In this document: positions 38,479 through 50,750 of the stretch, piece by piece
Position numbering within the stretch: the first letter of the stretch is position 1
Layout: every line of letters starts with the position of its first letter
Assembly (NCBI GenBank): GCA_013239625.1
Contig: MU056050.1
Location: 2,962,084 to 3,026,083 of the forward strand
Reading direction: 5' to 3'
Origin: Lama guanicoe
Taxonomy: Eukaryota
Length of the DNA: 64,000 nucleotides
Notes under the pieces: model-generated
What the model saw: the letters and a program-made list of their open reading frames with translations, nothing else
Database searches by the model: none
Told to the model about the DNA's origin: nothing
Program-made: the position numbers and the translations under genes

Positions 38479-38740
38479 CTGCAACTCAGGAACAATAGTC
38501 CCCCTCTCTGGACAGGACCCTCCAAATGATGTGAGTGGTGAAGGAAGCACAATAGGGTTTGGGCTGATAAAGTTGGAGATATCGCAGGATGGTGGGTCTG
38601 ATACAACTCTCTGCATGGTTACTTTCTCCACCACGATAAACTGATTCCAAGGCAACCAGAGTGTCCTCTTCTCAGACAGGAAAGGTGATCGATCAAAGAT
38701 TAAGACAACTGAGATACCACCGATGGCTACAAGGTCAAAG
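38479..38740 (-). CDS. TENM1: TENM1 coding exon, 262 nt: FDLVAIGGISVVLIFDRSPFLSEKRTLWLPWNQ...GTIVPELQ
   Basis: Acceptor tttttacttctcag|CTTT, donor GCAG|gtgagt; phase 2 in, phase 0 out. Confidence 0.96.
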
Positions 38741-40424
38741 CTGAGAAGTAAAAACAGAAGACAGTTTCAAGCAAATGAATAACTGAAATAAAATTAAAGT
38801 TTAACAAATAGATAATTTTGGTGCCCCTTCCTTCTTTGGGGACTCGACTATCTCCATTTGTATTCTCTATTTTATTCCCTCTAGTGCCTCTAAATAGTCA
38901 TTCCATGGATGACTTGTTTTCACTATTCAGAAGACTTAAGAGAAAAAAATTCCGTATCACCAGTTGATACTCACCCAGGATCTGTAAACCAGTTTTAATA
39001 CTATCTTAAACAAAATCACTTCATGTATTTCTGCAAAGCCAAATCTGACATCACTGCTCCCCCGTGTGCTAGAGATAACTGAAAGATGGCTATTTAACAC
39101 TCAGCAACATCTTTAATATAATGCATTATTTATCTTCAAAAAAATTTCCTATAATGTAACTCAAGAAAAGTAAGGCACCAAAAGCTTAAATACCTTGTTC
39201 ATGGTCACAAACATAAAGTCAGAAACCTGACGGTGTCTCTGAGATGGCATTTGGAGAAAGATATCAGACGAGGAAATTTGTTCAGTGAAATTTGCTTGAG
39301 CAATACCACACCTGAACGTCTGGCTACCCACTTTGGCTTCTCAGATTTAGGATCTCCAGTTCCCTCTAGAATGCCTCTTGGTATCCTTTTGTAAGAAAGC
39401 TGTAATGGATCCTGTCCATCTCCATTGACAACTTCTCCCATATCTCTCTGCCAAAACAAGACTACTTCTCTTGTAAGTCCATCTCTTGATGTGGGTCTCT
39501 GAAATGACTCTTGCATTGGAGCAAAACAGACTCAGATTTCAGTTCATTCTGCACTAGACGGCTCAACCTTACTTCTCTTTTAGATATAATGATGTCTTTG
39601 ATATTGTGTACTTGAAAGCATTCAAAAAGCAGAGAATGCTACATATGAAAGTAAGATAATGATAAATTATTATCATTATATCTTAAAAATGTTGAAAGGG
39701 CAATGGATGCTCCTTAATATTCAAAGCAATTTAAATCCACAGGAGAGAGATGTAAAAAATTCTGTGGTTAAAAAAAAAAAAAAACCCAAAACTTTCTTAA
39801 AACACTTTTCAATGGTCAAATGCCCTGACAGGGAATCAGACTTAATTATGGATATCTCACCACTCCTTTCATATGATATTTATTGTATTTATTACAGTAT
39901 TACCAATTGTGTCCTGTTGCAGAAATCTGCCAGATAAAGATAAATGGACAGTAACAAAGGATAGCTAATACTGTATTTTTTATTGTTGCTTTTTCAGTCA
40001 AGTAGCTGTAATATAAGGCAGTTTCCAAAAAGAGGATTTGAAGGACTGCATTAGCTATAGAAAATAATCTAGGTTTGAACTAAAAAAAGAAAACCCAAAA
40101 TGGCTTATGGTTTAAGACAGAGAGGCTGAATTCATGATAATACAGGAGCAATTTAAGGCAAGCATAGTGGGGGAAAATCCTACATTACTTGTCAAGAGAC
40201 CTTTTTTCTGGTTCACTTTCTACACTGATTTAACTGTGTCCTTGGGCAAGTTTATTTGCCTCACCCAAACCTCAGCTCTTGCCTCCTTAAAATTGATGTG
40301 CTTATTTATTTGAAAACAAAAACAAATGTGAATGTGAAACCAAAATAAACTATCCAAACAAGAACATATGTACCTGGGAATTATTCTCTACTTCTAGAAA
40401 GATTAGGCAGACCGGGCAGGCTTC

Positions 40425-40650
40425 TTATTTTGTAGAACGATGTGGTTTTTGGCTTCATACACACCCGAGTTTGAATCCTAGCTCTGCCATGTTAACTTTG
40501 TGTCTTTGGGCTAATTATTTAACCCCCGTGAACTTCAGTTTCCTCATTAGTAAAATGGGGTTAATATGGTCTATCACTCAGTTATTACTGTGAGTAAATG
40601 AGCTAAAGACTTGGGGCCAAGCATATAATAGGGAGTTAACAAATGTTAAC
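40425..40650 (+). mobile_element. MIR SINE
   Basis: gagtttgaatcctagctctgcca...cagtttcctcat..gtaaaatgggg. Confidence 0.75.
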
Positions 40651-40779
40651 TTTCTTCTCAAATCAGATCCATTGCCCTACTAAATTTATAGATATTTTCT
40701 TAATTCTAGGCCAGTTTTTAATTCGCTCCATAAGCAGATAGAGACATTTAAGTTCTACTGGGAACTTGCCCTAGGTTTC

Positions 40780-41434
40780 CTGGTGGGTTAGTTTTATGGG
40801 TCAACTTGGTTGGGCTGTGTTACCCAGTTATTTAATCAAACACTAATCTAGGTGTTGCTGTGGAGGTATTTTGTAGATGTGGTTAATATTGACAATTAGT
40901 TGACTTAAATAAAGGGGATTGCCCTTGATAATGTGGGAGGGCCTCATCCAATTAGTTGAAAGAGCAAAACTGAAGTTTCTCTGAGGAAGAAGGAATTCTG
41001 CCTCAAGACTGCGGCAGCAGAATCTACTTTTTCCCAAGAGACTCCGGTCTGCTAGCTACCCTATAGCTTTTGGACTTGCCAAATCCCCACAATCACATAG
41101 CCAATTCCTTGAAATCTCTTTCTCACTAACTCTCTCTATATACAGTTCACCCTTGAACAATGTGGGGGATAGAGTACCCCCCTCCAAGTGCAGTCGAAAA
41201 TTTGCTTATAATTTTACAGTTGGCCCTCTGCATCCGCAGTTCCACATCCACGGATTCAACCAAACATGAATCAAGGAGTACTGTAATACATATTTACTGG
41301 AAAAGAAAATCTGCATGTGGACTCGTGCAGTTCAAACCCATGTTATTAAAGAGTCAACTGTGTATATATATATATATATACACATATATATATACACACA
41401 CACGTTCAGTTTCTCTGGAGAACTCTGATTTCAC
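40780..41434 (+). mobile_element. MLT2 (ERVL) solo LTR interrupted by a Tigger MITE
   Basis: gtcaacttgg...tcaaacactaatctaggtgttgctgtg...ggaagaaggaattctgcctcaagactgc...tttctctggagaactctga. Confidence 0.85.
41143..41360. mobile_element. Tigger2/MER8-like MITE
   Basis: TIRs cagttcacccttgaacaatgtggg and cccatgttattaaagagtcaactg; inserted in a TA run. Confidence 0.85.
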
Positions 41435-41629
41435 CTCTCCTCAACTAGCTGTTATATATAGTAAACACTGTCTGAGTGACTCATTAATTGCTATGGTGGT
41501 GGCAGGTGGATCTGTGGCCAAAAATCCATCTAAACCACTCCAGTACCCAATAGAAAGCTCTCTAAATGATTAATTCTTTTGAGATTTCCTCCACCACAAA
41601 TGGTCTCCATTGGCATGGGTCATTAAGAA

Positions 41630-41675
41630 CAGGTTATAAAGTCAGGTGAGAGCAGGTTACAAAGTCTGGTGAGAG
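41630..41675. repeat. 23-bp tandem duplication
   Basis: caggttataaagtcaggtgagag and caggttacaaagtctggtgagag (2 mismatches). Confidence 0.85.
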
Positions 41676-41877
41676 TGAGCATAAAAGAGCCAAGGGAGAG
41701 GACGTATTTGGAGACTGTTGTTAATCCCTAATAGGCCAAATCAGTCCTATTCACAGATGGAAGACTATTGAAGCCTATGCAAAATGCTTATTTCTGCCTT
41801 ATGGTATCCAGAAATGAACAAACTCTTACCTTGAGTGGAATCAGAGGAAACCCTCTCTTCATCTTCCAAAGTCTTCC

Positions 41878-41923
41878 AAACATTAAAAGTCTCAAAACAA
41901 AAGTCTTGAGACTTTTAATGTTT
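41878..41923. repeat. Perfect inverted repeat, 18-bp arms, 10-nt spacer
   Basis: aaacattaaaagtctcaa-aacaaaagtc-ttgagacttttaatgttt. Confidence 0.95.
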
Positions 41924-42697
41924 TCAAGAATCTTCTAAGAATGTCAATGCTTCACCTATTTTGCTTATCATTAGCTGAACTATTTATAAACAGTTCTCTT
42001 TCAACACTTTACTGAGCACCTGTTACATATCTAAGTTGAAGGTGGTAAATCATAGAAGGTAAGAGCCAGATTACTTGGGTTCAACTTTTGGCTCTAGCCT
42101 TATTAGCTGTGTTAATTTGGGTAAGTTTTCTCATCTGTCAAGTGGGGAGGACAATGATAATGTTTCCTATCTCATGAAGTTGTTGTGAAGATGAAACAGA
42201 AGGATAGATACGAAAATGCATGGAATCAGTAGATACTCATACATATTTGTCTTTCCTTTAGAATTGCCTTTTTTTCCTTCTTTTCTGCTACTTCGGCCTC
42301 TCCCAATCTGCATACCTACTCTCTTTTCACTTTTAGAGGTGCCCAACTTCCACTCCCATGTTTCCTTCTGCTTCTAATACATCACTTTGGTCCCATGACC
42401 AAGACTTTAGCTGATTCCCTAGGGAAAGTTGTCAATTAACTTTTGCAAATGGATGATAATGTGCGTAATTAGTTCTACACCCCCCATAATGTGTTTGCAT
42501 GTAACAGGGACTTTGACAGAGTTGCTAGCTCAAACAAAAGCAGTGATACCACTGGAACAACGGGCACAGTGGCAGACCGCTGGGATTGAGATTTGGAGAC
42601 AGAAAGTGGAACTTTACAGCATCTTGCATATCACACTCTGTCTACTAGGTATTTAAATGGTAACCTCAACCTCTCTATAATCCTTTCCTTGGGTATA

Positions 42698-43192
42698 CAG
42701 ATGATCCCCGAGTTATGATGGTTTGATTTAGGATTTTTCAACTTTACAATGGTGCAAAAGCCATACACATGCAGTAGAAACCATACTTCGAATTTTGGTC
42801 TTTTCTTGGGTTAACAATATGTGATAGATGCCCTCTCATGATGCTGGGCAGTGCAGCGAGCCACAGCTCTATCAGCCACTTGATCACGAGGGTAAATAAC
42901 TGATACACGTGCAACTCTTCTGGACCCACACAACCTGTTTGTTTTTCACTTTCAGTACAGAATTTAATCAATTACATGAGCTATTCCACACTTTATTATA
43001 AAACAGGCATTGTGTTACATGCTATTGCCTGACTGTAGGCTAATGGAAACGTTCTGAGCATGTTTAAGGCAGGTTAGGCTAAATATGATGTTCGGTAGGT
43101 TAGGTGTATTCAATGCATTTTCAGTTTATAATATTTTCAACTCACAATGGGTGTATCGGGATGTAACCCCATGATAAATCGAGGAAGATCTG
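42698..43192. mobile_element. Tigger5/MER47-like DNA transposon derivative
   Basis: TIRs cagatgatccccgagttatgatgg and ccatgataaatcgaggaagatctg; TA on both sides. Confidence 0.85.
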
Positions 43193-44880
43193 TAGTTTCC
43201 CTCTGATATTCTACTTTTGAAATGTACTTAACTCAATCTGAGGTAGCAACAAGCAGAGACATATAAATGGAAACTCTCATCACACTGTCACTTTATGTCC
43301 AAGAGATGACAGTGGGACAGTCTGGCTGGCATTTGGACACATATTTTGAATGCTCACACCCTTTGTGGAGCCTGAGGGGAAATTTACTGCCAGAGGGGAC
43401 TCCGGCCAGCATCTGTCATCTATACACCTAGTTCTCACAGTAGGCTCGGTGGAGGAGGGTCTTTGCATTTTACTTGAAGCTAACAACACAAAAATAACAA
43501 CAAAAATTGCCCTTCTTTAATGTTTTTTGTAAACTGGAAACAGAAAAGTTTAGACTTTTTAGACACTACATTCCTTTTAGGTTCTTTTGTGAATATCAAA
43601 TAATTCACTGAAACCTTTGAACACAAGCTAAAAAACTGAGGGCCCATCATTTCTCCATGAGAAGTCAAATGTCCCTGAGGGCATATTCTATTTAAAGAAA
43701 TAATCCATTTCTCAATTTCTGGCACATGGTTGAATATGCTGGCAAGGGAGAGGCCAGTTTTGTTTATCAGTTGCTGGCGCGTGAACTACCAAAATTCCGT
43801 CAATCTAATCGGGAGAAAGGTCAATTTGAATTAGTAAAGAGCTCTAATTATGGAATATTTGAAAAGAAATATAGTTTTTATTGTGTGTGTGTATATATAC
43901 ATATATTCACACTACCTGCTCCCAGAGTAGTTTTGCTGAGCTTGTTGTAATGAATAGATGGCTCATTAATAATTAGCAATATAATTTACAGAGAATTCAT
44001 GATTTGCTACAATCTTAAAAATAGTTCTTCTATAGTAGGTTAAACATCTACCTTATTATCTTCTTTAACTGAGTTTTATAAGCCCTTTCTTGACAGGCAG
44101 TCGAAAAAATAAATTCAACATACCCCAAGTTGAACAATTAACAATTCTGAAGTGGTTGGGACTGATAAGGTTTGATTTTAGGTTCTTGAAAGGAGATAGT
44201 TTCTCACACCATGAAAAATCTTCAAGGCAACAGGTCTCTTTATGTGAGTATTGAAGTGGCTTGTTATGAGTAGGACATTTTAAGGGTAGCTACCTGAAGA
44301 CTAGGGCACCTCAAAGCCATCATTAGAATGTTCCTAAGAATCATACATAGGTACCTTTAAGCTGGACACATGGGCCTATTGACTCAAATATTCTGAACAA
44401 ATGTCTACCTAAATGACAGCAACAAAAATGTTTTTGTGAGCAAATCCTTTTCCAGGAAGAAAAGATTTAACTAGTGGTCTTGCTTCTCAGGTCTCAGAGA
44501 ACCTGGGGAAGCCCTTAGAGAGCAGCCTGGTGGTCGGTGCTTAACGTTAATATCACTATGGTTATACAGACAACAAGAGGAATTGGTTAGGCTGGCCATG
44601 CTTGTCAACCAGTTAGTCACTAGTAACATAGGCAGTCAAAGCGGGGGACACATTTAAAAAAAATTCTTAATGTGGTTGAATTGTATACTTTTGGAAGAAA
44701 CCTTTTAGACACCTTCATTTCTGAAATATTTTGAGGCTGCCCTGGAAGAAGAGCCTAAGGGAGCCATGGCTCCCTTTTTATTACCTGTATCACCTCATTG
44801 GATTTTGAAGCTGGATTTAAACATGGAACTAGATGAAGGATAGAAAACTATCCCCAGGACCAGGGTCTCAGGAAGACTTT

Positions 44881-44980
44881 GGGGGAAGAGTATAGCTCAG
44901 TGGTAGAGTGTGTGCTTAGCAAGCACAAGGTCCTGGGTTCAATCCCCAGTACCTCCATTTAAAAAATTAAAAAAAAAAAA
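44881..44980 (+). mobile_element. tRNA-Ala-derived camelid-type SINE (Vic-1-like), short form
   Basis: A box tagctcagtgg, B box ggttcaatccc, tRNA-like body, A-rich tail. Confidence 0.8.
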
Positions 44981-45189
44981 GATTTGAGAGTTAATAGCTC
45001 AAGGTTAGAAGAGAAATTTGGTTTGATTTAGATGGAGAACAGAGGAAATAAATAATACCAATGAATTTTTAAGACATAGCTAGAAGGAAGATGGGCTTAC
45101 AAACACTGTATCATCCGAGCCCTGGTTTGACTCATGGGCTAGAAGTCAGCATTTGGTCCCCACAATGATCAGGAGCAACAGTGACGTAC

Positions 45190-45309
45190 CTTCCATCCTG
45201 CCGGCTGATGGTAAACCCGTAATCACTGTGGTGCAAGAAACTAACATTCACCCCTACCAGAGGGGTTCCATCCACAGCCACCACTTGGCCTCGAATCACA
45301 CAAGCACGT
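45190..45309 (-). CDS. TENM1: TENM1 coding exon, 120 nt: [39 protein letters not shown](S); TTR/Ig-like domain
   Basis: Acceptor gtcttgtgttgcag|ACGT, donor GAAG|gtacgt; phase 2/2. Confidence 0.96.
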
Positions 45310-45762
45310 CTGCAACACAAGACCAAAGGCAAATATAAAAGCATGCTGAAACTAGATTCTAGAAGCCAAGTTGGAGAAACTTTGGAAAACACAGTCAAGT
45401 ATAACAAAGAAAACAATAATTTCACCAATGAGCAGTAACTACTAATAACATTTTAGGGAGGGTATGTGTATCTTTTTTTACCAATAAAAATTGGGATTAT
45501 AACTCGGTGTAGTTCTGAATCTTGATATTTTTCAGTTGGCAGTATATTAACACTGTCCAATGTAATTAGAAATTCCTTAGTGTATCATTTTGTTATTACA
45601 TAATATAGTCCTAAAACAGTATTCTTTAACTTGTTTAATCCATTCCTTATTTAGGATATTTAGTTGTTTCTTAATTTCTTCTGCATTGAATTTCTTATTT
45701 CCTTGGGAGGTAGTCCTAGTTGCGGAAAGATATTTTTCTCTTATCAAAATTAATTAAAATTA

Positions 45763-45896
45763 GGGGGGAGGGTATAGCTCAGTGGTAAGAGTGCATGTTT
45801 AGCATGCACAGGGTCCTGCGTTCAATCCATAGTACCTCTGTTAAAATAAATGAATGAATAAATAAATAAACAAAGAAACCTAACTACCTCCCCCCT
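45763..45896 (+). mobile_element. tRNA-Ala-derived camelid-type SINE with 17-bp TSD
   Basis: ggggggagggtatagctcagtggt...gttcaatcc..agtacctc, (taaa)n linker, acctaactacctccccc tail; TSD aaaattaattaaaatta (45746) and aaaatcaattaaaatta (45897). Confidence 0.85.
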
Positions 45897-47773
45897 AAAA
45901 TCAATTAAAATTAAAATTAGTTAATACATAGATACACTGTAGATATGACTAAAGTCCCCTCCCCGATGACTACCTCCCTTCCAGTTCCTGGTCTTCTCCC
46001 CAGAGGTAATCAGCAAAATCATTTTGAGTGCATTTTCCATGTATTTACATACATAGGTGTGAACACTTTTAAGGCTCTTGATACGTATTGTCAAATTACT
46101 TTTTCTGGAAAAACAATAAAAAAAAAAAAGCTGACTTAGTTTGGTGAATTTTAAGAGTTAAAGTCTGCAAGAGACATGTTCCCTGACTATAGTATCCTGT
46201 TTCTCTGGCCTGGTTGAAATAAAATATTTCAGGAGATTTTCCCTTTAAACAAGTGAGTTTCATTTTTGCCAAATAAGGGGATTACATTAAACTAGACTTT
46301 AACAGGGTTAGCTCCCAGGGACATAGTCCACTAAAACAAGTATACTTTTAGCTGTAGCCTGGCCAACAAGTTGTAACAAATTTTAGGAGCTTGGCAGCTA
46401 AGAAGAGGGTCCAGAGGCAACTCCCAAGCAAAGATTTTTCACTGGTCTGCTGCTGTTGGGACGGGGGAGGAGGTTTCACCAGAGTTCAATCCAAGCCTTG
46501 GCAGCCCTGAGCTCTGGAACATACATTTTGTAGCTGGAACTGGTAGAGTTGAAGAATATTGGGCAAGGTCAATGATTTTTCTGAAGGCATCAATGTCATT
46601 TTTTCCACCAAGTGAGATTTAGTGTATCCAGGCAAACTCAGTCTTAGATTAAAAGGGGCCATGTTATTTGTGCAAACATGACTTTCCAAAGTAATCATAA
46701 TAATTCCATCCTGGCATTATATATGCTTTGAACAGAATCAGCAAGTCAAGGCAATGTATCTAAAGGCTCTTGGCCACAAAGATCATTTGAGAGAGAGAGA
46801 AAAAAAAACTCTGAAAAAGCAAACGATGGTTACCAGTTAAAGCTTGTGTTATGTGTTACAACCAATAAACGTCACTACTAAATTGCATTGCAATCAGAGG
46901 AACCAGATATAAGTTATACTAATAAGATTTATCCTGCATCACCTAAGCCCTACCCCCCAACACAAAATAGAAGCCATTACGTCACACAAAAGCCAAACTA
47001 GTATAATTGTCACCATTAGTGCTTTTGTTGAGTTCCTCAGATCAACATTCCTAGTTCTGACATAGATCAGCGGCTTTCTTCTTTCTGATGAGCTGTCCAG
47101 CTTATGAATTCTGTAAATAATGATTCTGAATGGCATATAAATGGTACACTGGCGCTTGCTTTGCCTTCTCTGATTCCTCTAGTCCCTTTTGTGGAGATTT
47201 TGAAATTTTGAGATTTTGAAATCCCATTTGTTTTAACAGAGAAAACATTTGAAAGTCCCTGAGTTCTGGATTTTGAACTAATCCTGACAGATCCGGTTCC
47301 AGGTTCTAAATCCAACGTAACAAGAAATGAAAATAAAAGGATGTCTCTAGTTTTATACAGTAACTTTTTCAAGGCCTTTAACAAAGCAAAATTTGATAAA
47401 TTGGGTATAGTTTAAGTAGAAAGCGGCAAACTACATAGGAATTGGAGCCAGAGGGGCTGCGAAGAGGCTATGTGTTAGTGAGACCACCTCCGTGTGAAAA
47501 TCAGTTCAACAGTGCTTCCTGGGCCCCAGGTGCTGATGGCTTTTTGGGGGGGGTACAGTGAGGGGTCATTATGAACTCGCCAAGGCTTTATTAGTGAACA
47601 AGCTTTGCGACAATGATGCCTACTTAGGTGGTCGCTGATTCCCTATTGGCAAGACAATTCTGCACTCGCTTATTTTATTTGTTCACATTAATCTAAACAT
47701 TGTGTCTTCCCACAGCTGCATCAGGCTCAATTATTTTTGTTTTTATTTTGTCAAGCCTAGTTGACATTATTTG

Positions 47774-48215
47774 CTCATATTTTATGACACAGACCTGTCT
47801 CTTCTCTTTGCTGCTCTTTTATTTTCTATACAGTTTATATTTATGAAGGATCCAGGCTGGTGAGTGAAAGTCCCATAAAAGTCATCATTATTCTGTGCAT
47901 TTCTCTTGTATTCCTCTCTTCCTTCATTCTGTATCTCATTCTGAGTAGACCTGTCTTTTGACTCTTCTGCTCTTTCATATTCCTCATATTTTATGAAACA
48001 CACAGATTTGTGTGATAACGACTCATCAAAGTCATCATTATTCAAGACATTGTCTACCTGTTCTTCTTCTCATTCATTTCACTCTTCGTCATTCATAAAT
48101 AATGTGCAGACTTGTCTTTCAACTCCTCCACTTTTTTTATTCCTCATATTTTATGATCCACACCAACTTACAGCATATGATAAAGCCCCATAAAACTTAT
48201 TATTCTACATTTATC
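47774..48215. repeat. Degenerate tandem triplication, unit about 156-161 bp
   Basis: Anchor agac(c/t)tgtct at 47791, 47947 and 48108, each followed by ttatga and then cat(a/c)aaa...attattc. Confidence 0.75.
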
Positions 48216-50571
48216 AGCATTGAACTCTCTTGGTAATGTATTAGACTTTAAATGTTCCAAGATTCACTGTATCTTGCTGCATTTGCTCCCATTATTTACA
48301 CACTCTATGTCATCCATTTTTCACAAGAATAACTCTTAGGTCCTTTTATTCCTGGACTACTAGTACTTACTATAATCTTTGACCTACATCAGTCATCCCA
48401 AGTCAGTGTAAGTTGTGTGAATTTCAGAACAGTATTAAAGTATTCTTTTTTAATTGGCAGTAATTTAGATTGGCACTACATGCAGATACTTAAGAGAAAA
48501 ATCTCAGGCAAACTCTCCATTTCAAAAAGAATGCTCTGGAGTCTACTCGTTTCCCCAGGCTACTCCAGCTCCAGATGGCCCTTAGGGAACCTCCATATCT
48601 GTCCTTGGCGAATATGGTGTCTTATGCTGCTTCGTTCAGCTCAACTGCCATTTTGCGTGCTAGCTTCTAAACTCAATTTTCTTCATAATTGTGGATGGTA
48701 GCCTTGTACCAGCTTTATTTTTCTTGATTTACACAGCCACTAAAATGTAGTTTCCTCCATGTATATAATCTGTTCGGATTATGTTTCTCATACCATGGCA
48801 GCCTGCAGAATTCATCTTTTTCCTCAGTGAGATCCTGGCTGAAGTCGTGAGATGTGTGTGGCTAGGTTTGGCCTTTGGTTATCCCACAATCCTACTTTCC
48901 GAGCTTTTCATCCTGCCCACTGTGGTGCCTCCCTGTTTCCTCTCCAGCTTCTTCAAACCACCATTTAAACGAGGCAGTCATACTTGGCCTGTCCTTGGTC
49001 TTTCCTGGGGAAATACCTTGAACTCTTAAATTTTTGCTGTAGGAAAACTACTCTCAATGTGAGTCCTAATCCTTCAAGGACCGGTCTTTTTCTGAAACTT
49101 TTTCAATTAAATAATATACAGAACTCTTCTGAATCTTTCAAACTTGGTAACAGAAGCTACTGTCTGGAGTGCCGTGAAGCTGGCCCTGCGCGCGCGTGTG
49201 GCATGTATGCACCCAGGGTGACAGTCTTTTGTGTTGATTGCGTGTGTGTGTGTTTGTGTACTCTCAATGGCAGGTACTGCAGGCTTTCCATCTTTACCTG
49301 GGGCTGCCCTTCTTTGATCCATAGCCTTGGATGGGATCTTTTGTTTCCTTGAACCTTTCAAAACAAGAACCTCTCCCTGCTGTTGTGGGTCAGAGCAAGA
49401 TAACTTGAACTTGGATGAACATGTCCAATGTGAGTTTAAAAACATGTGTGGGGAACATCACCCCTCACAAGTGTCTCTTTTCTTGTTCTCTGGAGGATAC
49501 GGGCAGCTGCCAAGCTGTCTACCTGCTGTCACTATGCTAAAGCAGCAACCTCAAAGGAGCTGCTTCTCCCTCTAACTAAATGCTGAATCCTCGAGGTGTC
49601 TGGAGCTTGGTCTGAAGAACAGGGCATCTTGGGAAAGGCGAGTCGAATACACTTTACCGAGACCCTTATTTAACTAACAAGCTGCTTGTTAGACAGTTCT
49701 GATTCAAAAGGTCTAACTCATTCTGTATTTGTTATTTTCATGGCATAGTCAAATTATCCCTTCAATAAACTCTCGGTTCCACTTTCCTCTTCCCTTATTT
49801 GTTGTCTTTTGTCTTCGGTGTCAAATTTCCAATATTCATTCAACACCTCAGGCAAAAACATTAACCTCAAGCACAAAAGTTGGGTTGAAAAACAAGGCTG
49901 AAAACTAAATTGCTGAAAGAAGATGTAATTTACTGCATTGTGTTTCTGATTAAAATCTTTCCTGAGGAAAATGAGGCTCAGGGCTAGGGAAGTTACAGCT
50001 ATTTGCTTTTGTTGCTAACAGGAGCATAAGCAACCTTTGAAGGGTAATATTCAAAATCAAGGACCTGACCAGCAGGGGATCTAGCAGCAGGCGGGCAGGT
50101 TAGGTTGTTTTTTCCACAGGAACAGATGAAATCCTTTCCACAGCTGACAGCTCCGGTCAAGAGATAGCACTGAGAAGGGCTGGGCTGGGAGAGGCCATGC
50201 GAGTCCCCCGCTAACTAGCACTGGAATCCTGCCCTGCAAATTCCTCTGAGCTGTCAGCTGGCTCAAGTCTCCAAGGGACACAAACCTGCTGCATATGAGG
50301 TGTGGTTTGATGGTTCTCCTGACATCTTCTCTGCGGGCTTATTATCCCGAAATGTTCCACAGCTGTGGATTGTGTCATTTGGGCTAAATCACTGCTGCTT
50401 CGGGGCCCTATTGGAATGCAAATACCTCTGAGTGGTTGGGACAAAGGGCTTGTGATGCCCTCTTATTCACTGACGGCATGCAATGAATAAAGAATCCTCT
50501 TTTTAGAGTGTAATTTTGGGACTGTGGTATTGGTCCTCAGTCCTTTGTGGCAATCTGTCTCTTGTATACAC

Positions 50572-50750
50572 CAGTGACTCTCAAACTTGATCACGCACCA
50601 GAATCACTTGCAAGACTTGTTAAAACACAGACTGCTGGACCCCACCTCCAGAGTTTGTGGTTCATAGGTCTGGAGTGGGGCCTGAGAATTTGCATTTCTA
50701 GAAAGTTCTCAAGTGATGCTGATACCACTAGTCTAAAGACTGAACTTTAG
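50572..50750. mobile_element. MER5A-like hAT MITE
   Basis: cagtgactctcaaactt...cagaatcac...cttgttaaaacacaga...ggggcctgagaatttgcatttcta...gtgatgctgat. Confidence 0.8.

Noticed and set aside
44881..44956. Apparent tRNA-Ala(AGC) gene (also 45763-45840)
   Set aside because: Poor acceptor stem, A-rich tail instead of an oligo-T terminator, and a TSD on the second copy show these are tRNA-derived SINEs.
47774..48215. CRISPR-like repeat-spacer reading of the recurring ctcatattttatga and agacctgtct motifs
   Set aside because: Eukaryotic intron; the repeats are short and degenerate, the intervening segments are homologous to each other, and there are no cas genes.
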